Position numbers and translations under genes: made by a program. A stretch of 64,000 bases of DNA. Origin: Octopus vulgaris. Lineage: Eukaryota. The notes under the pieces were generated by a model. The model made no database searches and was not told the DNA's origin. It worked only from the letters and a program-made list of their open reading frames with translations. Positions 54,679-64,000 of the stretch are shown here, piece by piece. Where the stretch lies: assembly GCA_951406725.2 (NCBI GenBank), contig OX597818.1:121458001-121522000 (forward strand). The letters are read 5' to 3'. Each line of letters opens with the position of its first letter. The stretch's first letter is position 1.

Positions 54679-54744
54679 TATATATATACACATTCACACA
54701 CACACACACACACAAAACACACACACATATATGTAAATATATAC

Positions 54745-56070
<1,326 letters not shown>

Positions 56071-56076
56071 TATCTT

Positions 56077-56410
56077 CAACATAAAATGTCAAGATAAGAT
56101 ATCAAATGCCAAAATCTTAGAAAAATGTGATATCTCCAGTATCAAAAGCATGCTGATATGAATTCAGTGCAGATGGGTTGGACATGTTGTCCGAATGAAG
56201 GATGACGGCATTCTGAAAATTCTTTTGTATGGCCAACAAGTAGAGGAATACCGTGGTAAAGGAAGACCTCTCTTCGGGTATAAGGATAAGTTGAAGCAAT
56301 CAGCATAGTTTCTACAGATTAACTTGACAGCTTGGGGAAGCCATTGCCCATATTGATCTGCATGACGTAAAATGTATCATGATGCATCAAAACATTTTGA
56401 GTTGAAGAAA
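56077..56410 (+). pseudogene. RTE/BovB-type LINE C-terminal fragment
   Basis: QDKISNAKILEK..QCRWVGHVVRMKDDGILKILLYGQ..RGKGRPLFGYKDKLK. Confidence 0.85.
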
Positions 56411-56455
56411 CAGAACAATAAATGAATTATGTCCCGCAATCATCAGACACATTTG

Positions 56456-56890
56456 GGATCTTTTCGGTTTGACCGGCAGTTTTTAAAAACAATTTCCACG
56501 TAACTAAACACTTTTAAACTTCGTATACTGGTAGAATGTGTTTATAAAACATCTTTTTCTCTTGGCTTTATTGAGAAGATTCTGTAGTTTGTAAGATATT
56601 TGTTGTTGTTGTTTTTTCTTCAATTTCTGCAATTTCAACCAATCAATGACGTCTATTGAGGTGAAAACATTCTGTGCCGTATGAATATGTCCCTCGTTTA
56701 AGAAACAGATTGGGTTTATTTACATTTCTGAAGAAAAAAGATACCCTTCCCCCTACTCCTAACCCTAACCCTAACTAACCTAACCCTAACCCAGATTGAA
56801 ATGCAATAGATCGATTCTAGGGTCATAATTATGGGTGACAATTTCATATGATACCGCTAGAAAAAACTGCCGGTCAAACCGAAAAGATCC
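56456..56890. mobile_element. GGATC-TIR MITE copy 2 with 8-bp TSD
   Basis: Perfect TIRs; TSD cacatttg (56448-56455) / cacgtttg (56891-56898). Confidence 0.92.
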
Positions 56891-57171
56891 CACGTTTGTC
56901 CGGTTCCCGGCAAAAATCAAAATCATCAGTGTCCGCACTATGATTTCATAGCAAAATCAGTACCTAAACTCATTTTATATTCACGCATCCTTGCAAATAG
57001 ATGCCGCTTCTTTTAATTTTTTTAAAGTTGTATTCCTCCACCACCCTCCTTTTCTTTCTCTAAATACTTTCCTTCAAACATTCATACGTTGAAATCAATG
57101 GGAGTGATCATTATACATAGCAGGTTTTCACACAGTTTCCGTCTATCATATTCACTCACAAGGCAACAGTC

Positions 57172-57448
57172 GGTCCTTGTGAGTGGATTTGGTAGACAGA
57201 AACTGAAAGAAACTCGTCGTGTATATATATATAGGATAGGAAAAATATAAGGTAGAATGCTAAATTGAAAGTAAATTTTAATAAAAATGGGTGTATGGAC
57301 AATTGAAAAATAAAAAATTATTTTTTCTTTTTTAATTGTCCAAACACCAATTTTTATTAAAATTTACTTTCAATTTAGCATTCTACCTTATATTTTTCCT
57401 GTCCTATCATTTCACCACGTGCGGTTAACACAACCCTACCATTTACTG

Positions 57449-57506
<58 letters not shown>

Positions 57507-57651
57507 TTGTTTGTTCCTTAGCGGTTCGGTAAAGGAATCTGATAGAATAAGTACTAGGCTTTACAAAGATTAAGTCCTGGGGTCGATTTGTGCGACTAAA
57601 AGGCGGTACTCCAGCATGGCCGCAGTCAAATGACTGAAACAAGTAAAAGAA
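57172..57651 (+). mobile_element. SINE family D carrying a palindromic insert in its internal (TA)n
   Basis: 5' half ends ..aactcgtcgtgtata; 3' half resumes at about 57515. Confidence 0.82.
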
Positions 57652-57674
57652 TACACCCACATAAACAGACATAA

Positions 57675-57710
<36 letters not shown>

Positions 57711-57818
57711 TAATATTGAGGTGTCAGCAAAAGAAATGCATCACCACATACCGAAGTACAGAAATAGCAGCCAAAATCTAAGCCATTTCTTCTAATTAAT
57801 TAGTTTTACCCTTAATTG

Positions 57819-57865
<47 letters not shown>

Positions 57866-57895
57866 TGTATATGAGCATATACCTATGTATGTGAG

Positions 57896-57935
<40 letters not shown>

Positions 57936-58348
57936 TGCCTGTATATGAGCATATACCTATGTATATATATGTTTGTATACGTGGAGACTGATTACACAGG
58001 AATGCATTTCTTTTAGCATTCATCTACTTCTCAAATCTCCATTTCTCGGGCACATACCTACCTTTAAATTATACCGAAATCCCCTTACACACACTACCTC
58101 GTGCCTTGTAGTCCTCTTTGTTTGGTTGTCCAAGGCAGAGTCAATTTTATAAAAAGGAAGTCTAGAGTTGCTTTGTTCTTTTTCGTTTCTTTCTTTTTTC
58201 TTTTTCTGCTATGTTATTTTTTTTTTTAAAAATCAAAAGTACGAAGAAGCAAAAGTTTTCCCGCCACTTCTTAGTTACGTAAATTACGCGACCGGGTTTC
58301 GATTCTCGGTGATAAATATTGAACTTAGCTACATTTTGCTTTGCGAAG

Positions 58349-58427
<79 letters not shown>

Positions 58428-58429
58428 AA

Positions 58430-58469
<40 letters not shown>

Positions 58470-58471
<2 letters not shown>

Positions 58472-58697
58472 GGTGTCTTTCTGTATCTGTTTATTCCCCA
58501 TCAACGCTTGACAACCAGTGGTGGTGTGTTTACGTCCCCCTAACTTAATGGTTCGTCAAAAGAAACTAATAAAGGGATTACTAAGCTTGAAAAAAAAATC
58601 CTAGGGTAGATTTGCTTGACTCTAAAGTCCTTCGAGGCGGTGCCCCTGGATAGGTACAGTCAAGTGAGTGAAACAAGCAAAAGATAATAATAAAAGA

Positions 58698-58750
<53 letters not shown>

Positions 58751-58883
58751 TAAAAAAAAAATCTCACATCCCAGTCTCGTGGTTTCGGGTTCAATCTCAA
58801 TGCGCAGCACTTTGGGAGGAAGTGTCGAACAAAGCCTCGTGAGGTAAATTTGGTTGATGTAAACATAAACACGCCCGTCGTAA

Positions 58884-58940
<57 letters not shown>

Positions 58941-59838
58941 AGCGCGCGTATGTTTGTCTCTGTTCCCCGCCCGCACCGCTTAACGGTTTGATCATGTCCA
59001 GGTAACTTATCAGTTCGGCAAAAAAAAAAAAATTTTTTAAAAAAACGATAAAAGAAGTACCGCCCTTAAAAGCAGTACTCCAACATGGCTGCAGTCCAAT
59101 GACTGACACAAATAAAAAATAAAAGATTAAGATCTGAGTGTGTCAAATAGTCCCATGCTCTCTTTCATCCAGTAAGTATAAGAAACTTCAAATGAACAAC
59201 GCGTGAACCTGTTAATTCGCTCGACCTGGGAAGAAAAAGCAGCAGCCAAAATCTCTCAAACAAAAAAAAGGGAAGGATATTTTGGTAGTGATTTCTGTTG
59301 TGTATGTGTGTGCGTGTGCGTGTGTATGGTGAGGGGAGAGTAGCTATGGTGTGAATGGCGAGATAGTCACGGCTGGAATAAATTTGATTGTGGATTCGAT
59401 CGAGCAGAGCTTGATAGAGGTTAAATAACTACAATAACATATCCGATAAAACTTACACAGACGGGTACAGTGGCAGTGTATATATATATATATATATATA
59501 TATAAGTGGGAATTTTTTAACCACTATGTGGAAACCCTTATGCTAGAAGAAGATCCACTTATATATATATAAGTGGGAATTTTTTAACCACTATGTGGAA
59601 ACCCTTATGCTAGAAGAAGATCCACTTATATATATATATATATATATATATGTGGGAATTTTTTAACCACTATGTGGAAACCCTTATGCTAGAAGAAGAT
59701 CCGCTGTCTCCACATAGTGGTTAAAAAATTCCCTCTTATATTTATGAACCTCAGTGTTTTTATATGCTAGACCACTGGTGTTAAAATTGGTGTTATCAAA
59801 TTAATATCCAATTTTTCACCCTCATTTTGATTTTAATT

Positions 59839-59896
<58 letters not shown>

Positions 59897-59936
59897 TTAT
59901 ATATATATACATACTTAAACTTACACACGCGCACAC

Positions 59937-59976
<40 letters not shown>

Positions 59977-60297
59977 GAATGCTTCCCAACCACATGGTTC
60001 CGACTTCTGCCCCACTGCGTAAACACCTTAGGCAGGTATTTTCTACTTATTGCCTCGAGCCGACCAACAACTTATGAGTGGAGATGGGGGGAAGAAAACT
60101 GAAAGACTGTTGCCGATAATACCCAAACACAAATATATATTTATATATTTGTATGTATATATATATGGGTGTGTGTGTGCATCTATACACACACACACAT
60201 ATATATATATATACATGCATACACACACACACACGCACATATATATATATATACACACGTATATGTGTATAAAAAGTCATTGCATATTTCTCCTTTT

Positions 60298-60336
<39 letters not shown>

Positions 60337-60590
60337 ATGTGTGTGTGTGTGTATACGCACGAGCCTGTGTGTCTTTCTGTCTGTGCTTGTCTCCACTCCC
60401 AACGCTTGACAACCGGGGTTGGTGTGCTTACGTCCCCATAACTTAAAGACGTAGGCAAAATTGGCCGATAGAATAAGTTCCAGGCTTGAAAGAACATAAG
60501 TGCTGGGGTCGCTTCATTCGATTAAAAATTCTTCAAGATATTGCTCCAGCATGACCGCACGTAACTGACTGAAGCAAAAGATACGTATAC

Positions 60591-60638
<48 letters not shown>

Positions 60639-60886
60639 ACGTATGCTTATATATGTATGTGTGTGTGTGTATTTGTGATTGTGTTTGTCCCATCCTAACT
60701 GCTTCACAACGGGTGTTGGTGTGTTTACGTCCCCCTAAACTAGCGATTCAGCAACAGAGACTAATAGAATACGGACTAGCCTTAAAAAAACAAGTCCGGG
60801 GGTGAGGGATCAATTTGTTCAACTAAAACCCTTCATGGCGGTGCCCCACCATGGCCGCAGTCAAAGAACTGAAACAAGTAGAAAAT
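58470..60886 (+). mobile_element. Cluster of four same-orientation SINE D copies or halves (58470-58685, 58780-59125, 59978-60582, 60670-60886)
   Basis: Repeated cgcttgacaacc..tttacgtcccc.taactta..cagcatggccgcagtc motifs. Confidence 0.8.
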
Positions 60887-60894
60887 AAAACATA

Positions 60895-60950
60895 TATATA
60901 TGCGTGTGTGTGTGTGTGTGTATATGTATATATGTATATATATACATATG

Positions 60951-61021
<71 letters not shown>

Positions 61022-61121
61022 ATGTGTATATATATATATATATGTATATCTATCTAACTATATATATATGTATATATATAAATGTATATGTATATATATA
61101 TATTTATATCTATATATTATC

Positions 61122-61174
<53 letters not shown>

Positions 61175-61231
61175 ATATGTATATATGTATATATATATAT
61201 GTATATATATGTATATGTATATATGTATATG

Positions 61232-61264
<33 letters not shown>

Positions 61265-61315
61265 GTATGTATATGTATATATATATATGTATATGTATAT
61301 ATATATATGTATATA

Positions 61316-61351
<36 letters not shown>

Positions 61352-61650
61352 TATATCCATCCCCACACACACATATCTATATCTTTTTTTTTTTTTTAGA
61401 AAAAACATAAATCCGGATAAGAAGAACGTTAGTTTTGCTGTTGGTCATGGGGCACTAACTTTTTGTTTATTCATTTGTTTTACTAACTGGCGCGCGCACT
61501 ACGGTGTAGTTTTAGTCACTTCTTTTATCAACATTAAATATGAAGGGAGAGAAAGACTAGCAAAGGGGCGAATGAGGAAGGTATGGCTTCAGTAGAAAAG
61601 GGACTCGAAAATAAGGCAAGTCAAACGCCTTACAAACCTACATATACGTG

Positions 61651-61720
<70 letters not shown>

Positions 61721-62085
61721 GATGGTGGAAATATACACTGTGTAATAAAGATAAGGTGAAAAGAAGAAAATATGCACAGATAGATAGATAGAAAGAACGA
61801 AACGAAGGAAAGAAGGAGAAACGTAAGAATGATAAAGAGTCATCAGAAAGTCTGCCCCGAACAGAAAATGCTGTTGCTTGGTTGGAGAAGAGAAGGGAGA
61901 GGGAGGCAGAAGTTGAAAAGAGTGGGAAAAATTTACGTCCATTCGCACACAAATACTATATCTACACGTACATATATATATATATATATATATATGTTCA
62001 AAAACACTTATACAAACACACACAATTTACGTTGCTGTATCTGTCTGTATGTATGTATGTATGTGTGTTTGTCTGTGTGTGTGTT

Positions 62086-62116
<31 letters not shown>

Positions 62117-62524
62117 CCGTATTAAGGCCCACCTCATTCCAGCATACGGAATTATCAAAATATATGTGATTGAATAAAAGAAGTGAAAAAAAAAAAAAAA
62201 AAAAAAGGAAAAACTTATTTATATTCATATGCAGCCTTACAATTCATGTTCTCACGCCTTCAATCGCTGTATACACACAGTCACACACACACACACACAT
62301 ATACATACCTACCTACATAGAATTATATACGCGCACACAACACACACAAATAAATAACTAAATAAATCTCTCCCTACACACACACACACACACATATATA
62401 TATATTTATTTGTATATATGTATATATATATATATTTATTTACATATATGTGTACATATACATATATATGTATATATATATATATATATATATACATATA
62501 TACATATACATATATACATATACA

Positions 62525-62557
<33 letters not shown>

Positions 62558-62558
62558 G

Positions 62559-62610
<52 letters not shown>

Positions 62611-63032
62611 CATATATATAGTATGTGTGCATGGTGCGTGCGCGTGTGTGTAGCATAGTTGTTTATCTACACATTTGTATGTTTTGACTCCTCCCCCTTT
62701 CAATTTCCAACTAATTCTATGCTTTCCCATTCATCACTTTTTTTGTTGTTGTACATTTCTCTAATTCTCCCTTGCCTCCTCCTCCTCCTCCCCTTCCTCC
62801 CTCCCTCCCTCCCTCCTTCCCCTACATCGTCACTCTTATCTTCACGTTTCTCTCTCTCTCGCTCTCTCTCTCTTTCTCTTTCTTTGTCTTTCTTTCTTTC
62901 TTTATTCCTTCCTTCCTTCCTTTCTTCCTCCTTCTCCTCCACTTTCTCTTTTCTAATCTTTCTATTTTCTTCATCGTAGTTGCTTTCCACCACCACCACC
63001 ACCACCACCACCACCCTCACTCATACACACAC

Positions 63033-63063
<31 letters not shown>

Positions 63064-63232
63064 CATACACACACACATACACACACACATACATACACAC
63101 ATACACACACACATACACACACACACACTCATATATATGTGTGTGTTAAAGAGAACAAAACGAGAAGATATAACGTGAATGGGAGGGGAACAGAGACGAC
63201 GAGTATATACATATAAACATACATAGATATCT

Positions 63233-63282
<50 letters not shown>

Positions 63283-63296
63283 GCACTCACAAAAAT

Positions 63297-63343
<47 letters not shown>

Positions 63344-63560
63344 ATATATATCTGTATATGTTTGTTGCTCCCTCCCACTCACTTTATATCTTCTCTCGTT
63401 TTGTTTTATTCTTTAACTTAGAAGCGTGCTGTAGGTTTGATTACACTTCCTTCTCCTTCTTTCCTTCTTTCTTTCTTTTCCTCGTTTATTTATTTATTTT
63501 ATTTATTTATTTATTTATTTTATTTATTTATTTTTATTTTATTTATTTTTATTTTATTTA
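60895..63560. repeat. Microsatellite and low-complexity field: (TA)n, (CA)n, (CT)n, (CAC)n, (TTTA)n
   Basis: Direct inspection; accounts for the ORFs called here. Confidence 0.9.
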
Positions 63561-64000
63561 TTTTATTTTTATTTTTCCCTGCTGATTTCTTTCTTGCAAT
63601 AATACGTCGCTTTTTACCCTCGGCTTCCTCGGTTGTATATTAAATGAGTATATAACCGCGCTGTTACTTGGCACTGAACACAGATCGCCGACAATCACGA
63701 CTGGAGAAATTAAAAAAAAAAAAGAATTTTCACTGGCGGGGGAGAGAGAGAGAGATAGATAGATAGAGCGAGAGAGAGAAAGAAAGAAAGAGAGAAGGAA
63801 AAAGTAAAGAAGAAGAGAAAGAGAGAGAGAGAGAAAAAAAAAGCTGAGCTCGTGCTTATACAGAAGCTGATGCACAAAGCAAAAAAAAAAGAAAAAAGAT
63901 CAAAAGAAAAAAAGTTTCTGCCAGCAATCCAACACTTTTCTAGGATATAGTAAATCTCAGTAGTAAACTAAGGAAAACATAAGATTCCGGGCAGAGGGCG

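Noticed and set aside
63640-63740. TATATAA followed by a CpG-containing stretch (possible promoter)
   Set aside because: The motif is common in AT-rich DNA and no downstream gene is visible in the window

Overview
AT-rich eukaryotic intronic/intergenic DNA. I can support no intact host gene. The SINE families, microsatellite load and transposon mix point to a coleoid cephalopod, probably Octopus (inference from recognising the repeats, not from a search). Nearly all long ORFs in the track are artefacts of (TA)n/(CA)n/(TATG)n/(GA)n tracts. The real coding remnants are decayed transposons: hAT Buster/Charlie, mariner (three pieces), maT/DD37D-like, pogo, R4/Dong-type RLE LINE (two pieces) and RTE LINE ends. 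There are also about 35 tRNA-derived SINE copies, several MITEs and non-autonomous Helentrons. The most interesting signal is non-coding. At least ten fold-back (inverted-duplication) inserts sit in or next to (TA)n microsatellites. They and related short elements carry minimal type-I hammerhead ribozyme motifs of the Penelope-like-element kind, including apparent core variants: a compensatory U3:A8 core in a near-perfect 440-bp palindrome, a three-copy family with CUGU-N-GA, and A9 variants. A second signal is evidence that one SINE family re-inserts into its own older copies, leaving long locus-specific duplications. All ribozyme calls are by-eye folds and untested.
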